The notes under the pieces: model-generated
The model's database searches: none
Told to the model about the DNA's origin: nothing
The model's input: the letters and a program-made list of their open reading frames with translations, nothing else
Shown: one piece after another, positions 50,470 to 62,420 of the stretch
Position numbering within the stretch: the stretch's first letter is position 1
Layout of the letters: each line of letters opens with the position of its first letter
DNA from: Octopus bimaculoides
Taxonomy: Eukaryota
Direction: 5' to 3'
Assembly (NCBI RefSeq): GCF_001194135.2
Contig: NC_068998.1
Coordinates: forward strand, 38,888,476 to 38,952,475
DNA length: 64,000 nucleotides
Translations under genes and position numbers: made by a program

Positions 50470-51569
50470 AATTATCTCACTTGTACCACGAAGCTGAAAA
50501 GACTGAGAATCCCACAGTTCTAGAGTGTTGTTTCAAGAAGATTTTAGCTATTATTTTCAAACAGATCAAGCAACTGAATAAAGGTTCTCTCGTTGGTTTC
50601 GAAAGAAGAAAGTATAAAAATCTTTGTAAGTTGTTCTTTAGTCACAGACCATTCATGATCAAGCAGAGGACCTATAAATGAAAACCATTCTAGTTGTGAC
50701 CATCCTGCCTTTTTCCAAATGCAGGGAACCAAACACCACATTATTCAATGTATCTTCTAAGACAGAGAGAGATCTGAAGTAGATTCAGAGGCTGTTTCTA
50801 GCAGGCCGAGCGATCACGAAGAGGTTCTCCTGTTGACTCGAAATTACGAAGTGGCTGGTGATAGTGTGAAGGAGTATTGTGATCATACGCAGCAGTTAGA
50901 CAGAGGAAATTAAAAAGTGACAGACAAGAAAAGGAGTACCTCAAGGGATCAGTCTCGTGTCTTCCTGACGAAACGAGTAATCTATAGAAAGAGGACAACA
51001 ATAAACAATAGAAGAAACTACAAAAAAAAAAAGTGAGCAGAGGAGACAGAAGATGCGATTATTGAGGAGTAAATTTCTGTATAACGTCAATCAGTCCATT
51101 TAACGTCAGTCAGTTTATTCCATTATACGTTGACATTGTAGAAAGAGAAATAGGATGGAAATAATGGGAGGAAGAGAGAGGGGGGAGGGAGGGAATTAAA
51201 GTGTTAATCAGAAGGAAAGGAATAAGAGAGAGAGAAGTTTTTGATGGCAGAACAAGGAGTGCATTATACGTATACAATGAGAAATTTGAATGAAAGAATT
51301 GGTTATAGAGACAAGAGAAGAAGAAAGGCATAAAAATAAAATTGCTGGAGACAGTGTTGTTAGTATTGAGAATAGAAATAACGAGATAAAGGCTGACAGA
51401 GGAGGAAGAGAAAGAAAGGAGAGAGAGAAAGAAAGGAGAGAGAGAAAGAAAGGAGAGAGAGAAAGAAAGGAGAGAGAGAAAGAAAGGAGAGAGAGAAAGA
51501 AAGGAGAGAGAGAAAGAAAGGAGAGAGAGAAAGAAAGGAGAGAGAGAAAGAAAGGAGAGAGAGAAAGAA

Positions 51570-51604
<35 letters not shown>

Positions 51605-52050
51605 TGCAGAAGGAGAAAGTGGTGAGATTGAATTGCATTAAAGTTAATGTTTCGAAAATAAAATAAAGATAAATGAAATGTAATAAAACAAGGACGGTAG
51701 ATTGAAAACTTGGTGTTAAGGTGGAAACTGAGCTCTGAGTACAAGTAATAAATATCAGAGTATGGGGCGAGAGAATAGATTGAAATTAAACCTTGAAAGA
51801 GAAATGACGAATGGTGAACGAAGTCACCTCAGAAGTGGCAGCGCAAAGGAAAGGAATTTTAAAATTCTTTTTCAAGAGATTGTTGACAATACGTGAAGAA
51901 CTGACTCGCAGAAATATTGATTCACTGATAGAAAATTAGATGGCAAAGAGAAAGAGGAAAATGAAGAAGAAAAAAAAGTTTCCAGGCACGTTAACATGTC
52001 GACAGAGTTGACAGAAGACCGAATTGTGCTCACCATATATATCATTCAGA
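50470..52050. promoter_or_regulatory. Unique CpG-retaining region with paired CRE-like motifs and splice-like signals
   Basis: TAACGTCA at 51082-51089 and 51101-51108; strong minus-strand polypyrimidine acceptor ...gtcctctttctatag| before 50981. Confidence 0.3.
51408..51600. repeat. 17-bp purine minisatellite (AGAAAGAAAGGAGAGAG)n running into (GA)n
   Basis: About ten tandem copies visible. Confidence 0.9.
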
Positions 52051-52219
52051 ACTATTCAAGTATGCTCACAAAATATATGGCTTAACACGAAACAATAAAA
52101 TGAAAAAAAAAAAAAAANNNNNNNNNNNNNNNNNNNNNNNNNNNNNNNNNNNNNNNNNNNNNNNNNNNNNNNNNNNNNNNNNNNNNNNNNNNNNNNNNNN
52201 NNNNNNNNNNNNNNNNNAC

Positions 52220-52255
<36 letters not shown>

Positions 52256-53049
52256 GACCGGTTTGGGTGATGTGGTCATGCTTGGGCATCACTTTCTTCT
52301 AAGGGTTTAGTCAATTATAGGGAACCCAGTACACTTTTTGGTACTATTTTATCGATCTTTATTCAGAATGCTTTGTGGTGGTATTCAGTCCGACTCAGAC
52401 ATTCAAATTTCGAATCCCGTTATGATCATCTTTGCCTTTCACTCCTTTCAGGGTCGATAAAGTAAGTACCAGTGAAGTACTGGGTCTGTTCTTCTTTCTC
52501 TCTGGAAGAAATCAGCCATGATCAGACCTCAAGAGCAATAGACACCACCAGATTTAAGATATGCCGTATGTCACGGCTTATATACAACTTCGGCAGTAGT
52601 TATAGCACCCCTCACACTCAGTTAACCCCGTGAAGCTAGTCCACATAAGGAAGGTGACCTAGAGGACAAAATACTGCAAGGTCCTTTTGGTCAAGGTACA
52701 GATTTAGTGGTAATCCTCTTGTCCCACTCCCACACATACACACTGTTAGTGTTATTAGAGCTGTGATATGATCCCACAGACTGTGGATACCATGGCATTA
52801 GATGTTCAATTTGATATCTTCTGCATATCAGTTTCAAATTTTGGCATAAGGCCAGAAATGACAGGGGAGGGATTAAGTCGTTACATCAACTTCAGTGCTC
52901 CACTGATGCTTAATTTATTGGCCCTGAAAGAATGAAAAGTAAAGTGGACGTCGGCAGAATTTGAACTCAGAATGTAAAGGCAGACAAAATGCCACTAAGC
53001 ACTTTGCATGGCATGCTAGCTTGCCACCTTAAAATATCTTCTGCGTATT

Positions 53050-53335
53050 GATATTTATAAGTGAAATACAGAGAGTAAAGGAATGATGACTGAAATTCTC
53101 GAAAGGAAGGACCAGTTGAGTGGTTTTTGATGGAATATTTGTATGTCCAACCACAGTTTCAGATAAGTGATTGACTCTGAACTTTGGAGACTGCCGACAA
53201 CTGAAGTATTTTTCTCGTCCTGAAAAGGAAGCCTAGTTTTTTGCACAGCCGTTTTATAAATGCTAATTGTGGTGTTGCCGCAGAAGATAGTGAGAGATTG
53301 TAGAGCATAGCATTTGTAAGACTTTTCCTCACTTT
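53050..53335 (-). mobile_element. CR1/L2/Jockey-like LINE RT C-terminal fragment
   Basis: KKLGFLFRTRK...WLDIQIFHQKPL resembles KKLGFLFRxRKYF...LDxIQKKA. Confidence 0.45.
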
Positions 53336-53339
53336 AAAA

Positions 53340-55690
53340 AGTGTCAAGCACAGGTATTGCTGGGGAGGAAAAAGAAAAGGACATCTTGTATGTACATGGC
53401 TGGCCGAAGCTTAAAAAGGCACATCTAAACAATGAAAGTTCATATTGATAATGAAGTAAATGGCAAAAAGGACTCTGGAACATTTTGTTCTGTGGTCTGG
53501 CCTGGCAGGTATCCCAGGGCACCTCAGCCTGGATCTGGTCATCATCCTGCAACTGTGAGTAAATTTAAGTTAAGATGCAAGCCTATGAATATAGGATGTT
53601 GGAATGTTCGAACGTTATTAGACAATGATTGTCTGAAATCTCGTCCAGAGAGAAGATCCGCACTTGTTGCAAAAGAGTTATAGTGATATGATATGGATGT
53701 TGTAGCGTTAACCGAAACAAGAATTCATGGAAAGGGGAATTTTGTAGAGAAATCTACTGGATATCATTTATTTTGGAGCAGTAGAGAGGAGACCTATAAG
53801 AGAGAATCAGGAGTGGGATTTGCTATCAAAACCATTCTGGCTTCAAAACTTGAGGAACTACCATGTGGTCATTCAGATTGTTTAATGTCTTTAAGGCTGC
53901 CATTAAGAAAAGGTCACTATGCGACAGTTATAAGTGCATATGCTCCAACTATGAATTCATCAGAGGATGATAAACTTGCCTTCTATCTGTCATTTGCTGA
54001 GATTATACGCAATATCCCCCATGATGACAAAGTTGTCATTTTGGGTGATTTTAATGCTTGTGTTGGTGCAGATTGGGAGACTTGGGGTGTCCTAGGAAAG
54101 CATGGGGTTGGGAGTTCCAACAGTAATGGTTTGCTACTGTTACAAATGTGTGTAGAAATAGATTTGTGTGCCATGAATAAATGTTTCGACTCAAGAATAA
54201 GTGTAAAACAACATGGATGCACCGTGGTTCTAAGAAATAGCATCTTCTAGATTACATCCTCACCAGGAAACAAGATACTAGGGACGTTGCTATTGTACAA
54301 GTGATGCGTGGTGCAGAGTGCTGGACTGATCATAGGCTTTTGTGTGCCAAGGTGAATTTTGTTGTCATGCCTAAGGTTAGAGCAAATAATGACAAATTAC
54401 CTAAATGGATTGATGTGAATAAACTTAAGACTCCATCAGTATGCAGTGAGTTTGTGAGTGATATAAATAATTTGTCCTGTGATGGAAGCTGGAAGTCATT
54501 CAAAGAAAGAGTGTACAAGATTTGTAGTTACGTTCTTGGCTTTGTTGTAAAAAAACACCAAGATTGGTTTGACGATAATGATGAAGAAGTCAATCTTATC
54601 TGAGAGGAGAAGCGAAAGGCATTTAACATGTTGCAAAATGTTGACATGTCAACGAACAGGACATTGGATACATATTTCAAGGCTGTAAAAGCAACAGTGC
54701 AGAGGAAGCTACGGATGATACAGGAAAAATTGGTGGAGTGATAGATGCAATGAAATCCAAGAAGCTTCAAATGCTAACAATTCCAAACTTTTTTACTCTC
54801 TCTTGAAAAAAGTTTATGGACCAGTTTCATCAAAGGTTGTGCCACTTCAGAGCAAGGATGGCACAGAATTATTAACAAATCCTAAAGATATTGTTGGGAG
54901 ATGGAAAGAACATTCTGATGAGTTGCTCAATAGACCCACTGAAGTTGATCTCTCTTTTCGTGATAATATACCCGAGAGACCAATAAAACATCTTATAGCA
55001 GAAGTTCCAAGCCTGGCTGAAATAAAAGCAGCAATCAGGAAATTGAACAATGGAAAGGCCCCTGGTATGGATGGACTAGGTGCAGAGATATATAAATATG
55101 GTGGTGATCATCTTTGTGCAATGTTGACGGATGTGATTCAGAGGGGTTGGCAAAATGAAGAGGTTCCTCTGGATTGGCGTGATGCAACTATGGAAATACT
55201 ATATAAATCTAAAGGTGGAAAGGATGTCTGGGATAATTATTGTGGCATCTATCTGTTAGCTGTTGCTGGAAAGGTCCTCTGTAGAGTAATGCTGGATAGA
55301 TTTCTTCTGCACATTGCTGATGAGGTTCTACCAGAATCGCAATGTGGGTTTAGGGATAGTAGGAGTACTATGGATATGATATTTTCAGCTAGACAGTTGC
55401 AAGAGAAGTGCATTGAACAGGATATGGACTTATACCAGGATTTCATTGACCTAACAAAAGCATTTGATTCTATCAATAGAATTGCACTTTGGGAGATCCT
55501 AAAAAAGCTAGGATGCCCTGAAAAATTTGTGAGAATGCTTAGACAATTTCATGACAAGATGGAAGTGAGAGTTAATGTTGGAGGTACCTTGTCAGATCCA
55601 ATTTCTGTATAAAATGGTGTAAAGCAAGGTGATATTCCTGCTCCTACACTGTTTGCTATATATTTTGCAATAGTCTTTCAAATAGCTTAT
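53340..55690 (+). pseudogene. RTE-BovB-like LINE, 5' two-thirds (APE endonuclease plus RT), decayed
   Basis: IGCWNVRTLLD...RPERRSALVAKEL; VALTETR; ISAYAPT; ILGDFNA; CWTDHRL; KAPGMDG; PESQCGFR; FIDLTKAFDSINR; GVKQGD; several stops and frameshifts; breaks off before YADD. Confidence 0.95.
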
Positions 55691-55799
55691 TTTTGCATAT
55701 CTTATGTATGTATGTATATATGTATGTAATTATTCGGTTTTATTTCAAGATTTCTTACCAATAGAGAAAGGGACGTTTCTAACCTAGATTTAAGGCTCC

Positions 55800-56100
55800 T
55801 GCATATCACAGGTCTTTAATGAGGACTTGACAGCCTTTAAATCGCAGCCTTAGTTTCTGTCAGGGTCTCTTCCCACTAACAAGTTCCCCATATAGCATCA
55901 GTTTAGGGAACCTGCTAACCTTCATTCTAATGAGGTGTCCGGTCCAATGTAACTGGTGCTTGTACACCATCGCTTAAATACTCAAGATATCAGCTTTCCT
56001 CAGGAATTGTGTGTCTGGAGTTTTTAAGGTCCAGTCAACATTCAGAATGCGTCTTAGACATCTTTGATGAAAGTGTTCAAGGACCTTTACATGACATATG
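55800..56100 (-). mobile_element. RTE-BovB-like C-terminal fragment in opposite orientation
   Basis: LEHFHQRCLRRILNVDW...QLHWTGHLIRMKVSRFPKLMLYGELVSGKR. Confidence 0.85.
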
Positions 56101-56736
56101 ACAGGATAGAGCATCCTTCTTGAGCCCTGTGGACTCCTAAGAGCAGGTTTCCCAGTTTCCTTGGCATATATATATCCACTGGATGGGATGCCAGTCTGTT
56201 GCAGGATTATTCATTTTTGCCAGTTGAGTGGACTGGAACAACGTAAAATATTGTTTTGCTCAAGGACACAACATGTTGCCTGGTCCAAGAATTGAAACCA
56301 CACTCTTACGATGATGAGCCAAACACCTTAACCACTAGGCCACGGCCACATACCTCCACAACATACACACATGCATACATACATGCTCGCGTGCATGCAC
56401 ACACGTGTATATATTCTCTCAAATACATTCCTCTTTGCATTTGCTGAAGCATGTAGCTTTCGGTTTTGCTAAGAATGCAGCATTTTGGAATTGAACATGC
56501 ATTTTCTTGGCGAGGAGGGGAGAGGAGGTGGGAGGGCAAGAGACAGAAGAGGAGGAGGGAGGAAGAAAGGAGGAAGTATGGGGAGGAGGATAAAGGGAAA
56601 GGAAAGAGGGAGGAGGATAAAGGGAAAGGAAAGAGGGAGGAGGAGGGAAAAGAGGAGGAAGAAGGAAGAAAAAGAAGAAGAAGAAGAAGACGGCAATACT
56701 AATAAATATTCGAACGATATATCTTTGTTCACTTAC

Positions 56737-56754
56737 TTTTAGGTACCTGGTCAT
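56737..56754 (-). CDS. Candidate start-codon exon: MTRYLK| (exon about 56842-56737)
   Basis: ATGACCAGGTACCTAAAA|gtaagt perfect donor; acceptor ttacttttaag| before 56842; in-frame stop upstream. Confidence 0.3.
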
Positions 56755-57480
56755 CACTTGAATTGAAAATATTGTTCGGAAGTCAAAGAGTACAAATAGC
56801 ACAATACTGATATGTCATTATTTTGAAGTGAATAAAAGTAACCTTAAAAGTAATGTAATAAATACCACAAAAATCACAATGCTTTCAAGTTTATAATGCT
56901 AGCATAACCTTAGTAGGTCAGATGAAGCTAAAAAATTGAAACAGTTTACAAGTCTTTCTCATATACAGGTAGAAACAAAAAAAAATTTTTTTTTCATTAC
57001 ATTAGGCAGTTTTAAATTTGGACTTAGCCGAAATAATGAGAGAATTTAATTCACATATGTTTCTACTGTACTACAATGTGTTCTGATAGATTTTTACCTC
57101 TCACACTACTACAGATACAAGTTTACAGAGGAAAGACTGCAAGAGCTTTGGGTTTTCGCTGTTTCTTTCCATTTAAACAGTAGTTTTGGTCGTACATTTT
57201 GATGGATCATCCTTTTAAGATAAAATACTCGACTAGACATTCATCCATGTAAAAGTAGCTTGAATTAGATGTAGAAAGCTTAACAATTATTTATTTATTG
57301 CGTGTGATGTCCAAGATGGCATTTTTTTACTAATTTTTTTTTGTCTTTTTTGATATTTTTTGCAGCAAGCGTGTACAATGTTGACGTTTATTTCAAATTC
57401 TCTTTTGATGTCTTTCTTTGTTACATTTTCTTTTCATTTCTAAACCACCCCGCCTCCATCTTCACATTACACCAACTCAC

Positions 57481-57600
57481 CAGAATTTCTATTTCCGAGT
57501 AGATTGGGTTTTTTTTTTTTAGTTCTTTTTATTTACTTTGGAGTTAACACTAAGATATATATATATTGATACGAAATAAATCCAACTTTCTGTCTCAATA
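57481..57600 (-). other. Candidate non-coding first exon
   Basis: Consensus donor ...AATTCTG|gtgagt at 57481/57480; 5' boundary unknown. Confidence 0.2.
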
Positions 57601-57702
57601 AACCACTCTTGTCCCCAAAAGTTAGTTGTATTTTTATATTTACTATGGAAGGCTTGAAGCTAACTTTCTTCCTACACCTCAATCCCTGGGTCTCATACAT
57701 AT

Positions 57703-58030
57703 GGATAGTCTTTCTCATTCGCAAAATGAGCCCCCCCCCCTCCCAACTATTTTTCTCAGATTGCTTTCAATTTTGGTGTATCGATGCAACTCTGAATTTT
57801 AATTACGACCAACCAATTACTTTATCTCATAAATTAAAGAATCTGATGTTATTTGGAATTAAAGTTGGGAAATTTGGGTAATTTTTACCAATCAACACAC
57901 AGCATGGCATTAGCAGCTTGTTACCATGACAACCGCATGCTGTATTGTGGTTCACTATTGTCTGTGCCACTGTTGTTAATGTTGATTTTTCACACTTAGT
58001 ATTTTTACATATTTTTCATTTCATATATTT
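57703..58030 (-). mobile_element. GGATCTAGT-TIR MITE family copy with X-box motif
   Basis: Starts ggatagtctttctcattcgcaaaatgagcccc; inverted match to 50130-50418. Confidence 0.65.
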
Positions 58031-59039
58031 TTAGGGCTCATTGACTCAGATAGCTGGATTTATGATTTCACTAGGTTAATTCTAATCATAAAAATTTCAA
58101 TTAGGAGTATTTCTTAAACCGTTAGCTTCACATTTCAACAGCTTAACTGAAATTTAGCACAGGAAATTTAGTAACAGGTATTGAGAACAGAGAAACAGAA
58201 TTGAGAACAGAGAAACTATCGTGGAACAGAGAAACTGTGGGTGATACAGATAATTTGACATTATTTTTGAATTCTGTAATGCAAAAACATATAAGATACA
58301 AATATTCTTTTCCTTGAGACAAATTCTTCGTTGACCAGTGTTATTCTTATCGTAGTTTCCAAATCCAAGCATGAAAACATTACTCAACTTTGGAGTTTTG
58401 GAGCCAGACGACCCCTTTTCACATACACACGCGCACGCACTTATATATTAATGATGTACATAAATACAAGGCAAGTATACATAATGCTGAAGTACGCATA
58501 AAGTAAACACATGCAGACAAATAACAAATTAGATAACAAATTTTTAAAAATGATAAAAGCATACAATCAGTGAAAAGACAAAAGAAACAGTAATATGATA
58601 CATGTTGATCTTATTAGGTATTTCTGTTTGTTTAGAAAGCTACAATTAACAATGTTACATTTATTCAAACCCCCAAAGAATCTCTCTCAACACATGGCTA
58701 TGATGCTTCCTCACAACTCCTGCTCATGATCAGAGATGCACATACTGACAGTCACTAAGGGACATGCTCCAGTGGTTAAGGTCAAGCAACTGACAAACAA
58801 ATCTGTGGTATTGAGCAGAATATTTGCTACAGCAATATTTCTGCTTCAGCAACTCAGCGCTGAATCTGTCCGTAACAGAAATGTAATGGAAAATAGGTCA
58901 ATTTCCAAACATTGATGTCCAGGTCACAAAAGCAAAGTTTGACGGTAATAGTAGTCATTTCATTTGATTTCTAGATAGAAGTAAATTAGAAATAGTACTT
59001 ACTAACCAAAGACAAGAAAAGAAAAGTTGTTACACAGCG

Positions 59040-59720
59040 TAATCCAAAAAGATGGCAGATTCTTCTCACATATACAGTCATTGCTTTATGTATAAGCTAT
59101 CTTGAAGTCAGCCAGAATCATACGTGTGTAGTCATTTGTATGAAATCCCAAATGTATCAAATTGGCCCCGTAGGACATTCTGAAATGTAATCTGATGCCA
59201 AAGACCAGAAATGAAATAAAAGGAACTATTAAATACATATTCTCTTTCATATGCATCTTCATATCATCCATCTGGTTTGACATTTTTGTTCCCATTAACA
59301 TCCACAAAATAGTATTACAGGAAAGAGATGCCACTGTTGATTGTGAAGTGGGCGACATTGAAATACTTATGGAAAATCTACTGGGAATGCAAGATCAATT
59401 GGACATTCCTCTGGCAGTCAAAACATGTTGCTAACTGTCTGGAAATTGAAATTAAAATACAAGCAAATGATGGGAAGCAAAAGAACTTTTATGATAACCA
59501 ATCAAGTGATAAAAGCCAGACAAAGAGTTTTGAAACATCTGCAGAATCATTATTTCAAACGTTGTCTGGTGGCCTTAACTTGACTCAACTCAGTTGAATC
59601 AGTACTCAGTTGAAACATTGATTTTAAACATCAAGAAAACTTTGTACATTTGAAACCACATGAAGCACTTTCGGAGAAAACCTCATTAGTCATTCTATAA
59701 TCTTTGGTAATAAAGAAATA
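59040..59720 (+). pseudogene. Second, internally deleted copy of the hAT transposase remnant
   Basis: Near-identical inverted match to 36516-35995 and then about 35558-35430; shared ORF-track peptides MSPTS(K/Q)STVASL and MPKTRNEIKG. Confidence 0.85.
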
Positions 59721-60289
59721 ATTAATGACGTGAAATTTTGGGCTTTAATTATTGGTGGGTGGGTTCTATAAACTATCTCACCTTTATCTTTTATGTTTTA
59801 GTTATTACACTGTGGCCATGCTGGGGCATCACATGAAGAATGTTTAATCAGGTTACTTGACTCCAGTGCTTAAGGCTGGTACTTGTTCTACCAGTCTCTT
59901 TTCCCAAACTGCTAAGTTACAGAGATATAAACAAACCATCACCAGCTGTTAAGTGGTGGTGGAGGACAAACAGACAAACACACATATATATATATATGGG
60001 CTTCTTTCAGTTTCTGTCTACTAAATCCACTCACAAGGCTTTGGTCAGTCCAAGGTTATAGTAGAAGACAGTTACCAAAGGTGCCACGGAATGGGTCTGA
60101 ACCCAGAACCATGTGATTGGGAAGCATGCTTCTTACCACAAAGCCACACCTGCACTTATGTATACATTTCTCACTCCATGGTCCAGTGTTCCATTACATT
60201 CTGAATTCACTTTCTGTTTTATCCTTCCAAGATCAATAAAAGAAAAACATATCATTCAAATAATGGAATCAATATAATCAACTGACAGC

Positions 60290-61342
60290 TGTATGCTAAA
60301 AGAATTGGTAGAACATCAAACAAAAAATTCTTAGCAGCCTTTCCTTTGGCTTTATGTTCTGAGTTCAAATTCCACCGAGGTTGACTTTGCCTTTCTTCCT
60401 TCTGTGGTTGATAAAATAAGACAAGTAGCAATCAAGCACTGGGATCTATGTAATCAACTTGCCCTTCCCCTCAAAATTGCTGGCCTTGTGCCAAAATATG
60501 AATTCCTTATTATTATTAAGGTGGCGAGCTGGCAGAATCATTAGCATACTGAGCAAAATGCTTGCAAGCATTTCATCTGTCCTTATATTCTGAGTTCAAA
60601 TCTCGCCAAGGCTGACTTTGCTTTTCATCCTTTTGGGGGTCAATAAAACAAGTACCAGTTAAACACTGGGGTTGATCTAATCGACTAAACCCTCTTGCCA
60701 AACTTGCTGGCCTTGTGCCAAAATTTGAAACCATTATTAAGGCAGCAAGCTGACAGAATTGTTAGCATGCCAGGTGAAATGCTTAGCAGCATTTTGTCTG
60801 TTTTCACATTCTGAGTTCAAATTCCACTAAGGTCGACTTTGCCTCTCATCTTTTTGGGGTCAATAAATTATGTACCAGTGGGTCACTGTAATTGACTTAT
60901 CCCCTCCCCCAAAATTTCAGGCCTTGTGCCTTTAGTAGAAAAGATTATCATTATTAAGGCGGTGAGCTGGAAGAATTGTTAGCATGCCAGGCAAAATGCT
61001 TAGCAGTATTTCATCTACTGCTGTGTTCTGAGTTCAAATTCCACTGTGGTCAACTTTGCCGGTCATCTTTTCAGGGTTGCTAAATTAAACACCAGTGAAA
61101 CACTGGGGTCTATGTAATCGATTTATCCCCTCCCCCAAATGGCTGCCCTTGTAGCAAAATTTGAAAGCATTATTAATATTATTATTATTATTATTATTAG
61201 AAGAGTTCCATAATTAATTTTGAACCTGTTGAAGGTACACGAGATACCGAAATATCGTTCAACAAATTTAATTATGGAACTCTTCTTTATTTATTTATTT
61301 ACATATTACTTCCAGAGGAGTCATAGCAGTCCTAATATTATC

Positions 61343-61373
<31 letters not shown>

Positions 61374-61590
61374 GCAGAACCATTAGCACATCAGACAGAT
61401 TGCTTAGCAGCATTTCGTTCATCTTTACATTTTCCACTCAAATTCCACCAAGGTCTACTTTGCTTTTCATCTTTCCAGGGGTCAATAAAATAAGCATCAG
61501 TCAAGTTCTGGTGGGGATGCTTTGGGGTCAATGTCATCAACTTCCCCTCTCCTCAAAAACTGATGGCGCAGTGCCAAAATTTGAAACCAG
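60290..61590 (+). mobile_element. Head-to-tail array of five family A SINEs
   Basis: Heads at 60518, 60739 and 60956 each follow attatt|aagg; about 220-bp period; further copies at about 60290 and 61372. Confidence 0.85.
61200..61285 (+). ncRNA. Hairpin containing a minimal type I hammerhead motif (A6 replaced by U)
   Basis: 18-bp outer inverted repeat; stem I UUGAAC/GUUCAA; CUGUUGA; extra A; stem II GGUA/UACC; GAAA; AUAU palindrome; AUC triplet. Confidence 0.6.
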
Positions 61591-61989
61591 TACTGTAGAC
61601 TTGTACATCTTGAATCTAATATTATGGAATGATCTGTAAAGACTGACCAGAGTAAAATAAATAACCAATCACATGAATACAATGACTGGAATTTTAAAAA
61701 CTAATGAAATGATAAAACAGAAACTGTTTCTGTCTGATGTTGTTTGTTGTATCTCATGTTGTCTCGATCTTATTTCGTAAACAAGCCGAACGACTTTGCA
61801 TTGTAGACATAATACTTAATAGCTATAGTTTTAAATGTCCTTCTTATCATCTGTCTACTTATTATCATTATTGTCGCTTCTGGCCATTATTGATCTGAGA
61901 CACTGCTGGATAATCCCAAGATGATAAAACTAAGCTGCAACGTGTAAAGCATTTCAAACATTTGCTTTTCCACACTTTCCTTTTATCTC

Positions 61990-62149
61990 AGTCTCTGTCT
62001 CTCTTGCTCTCTCTCTTCTTTCCTCCCTCTGTGTCTGTGTATGTATGTATGTATGTATGTATGTATGTATGTATTATGCATGTGTGTATTTTATACATAC
62101 ATGTGTACTTATATATATATATATGTGTGTGTGTGTATATATATATATA

Positions 62150-62180
<31 letters not shown>

Positions 62181-62420
62181 ACTTATATATATATATGTGT
62201 ACTTATATATATTCACAAGCACATATATACATACATATACATGTACATATGCATATATACACATACATACATAAACACATACATACATATACACATTCAT
62301 ATATATACATACATTTATATACACACACACATACATTTATAGTATATACATATACACACACACATATACATATATAAACACATTCACACACACATACATA
62401 CAAATACACACTTATAAAAA
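61990..62420. repeat. Compound TATG/TA/TG/CA microsatellite field
   Basis: Directly visible. Confidence 0.95.

Noticed and set aside
60290-61170. Regularly spaced repeats resembling a CRISPR array
   Set aside because: Units are whole 220-bp SINEs with no unique spacers; eukaryotic context and no cas genes.
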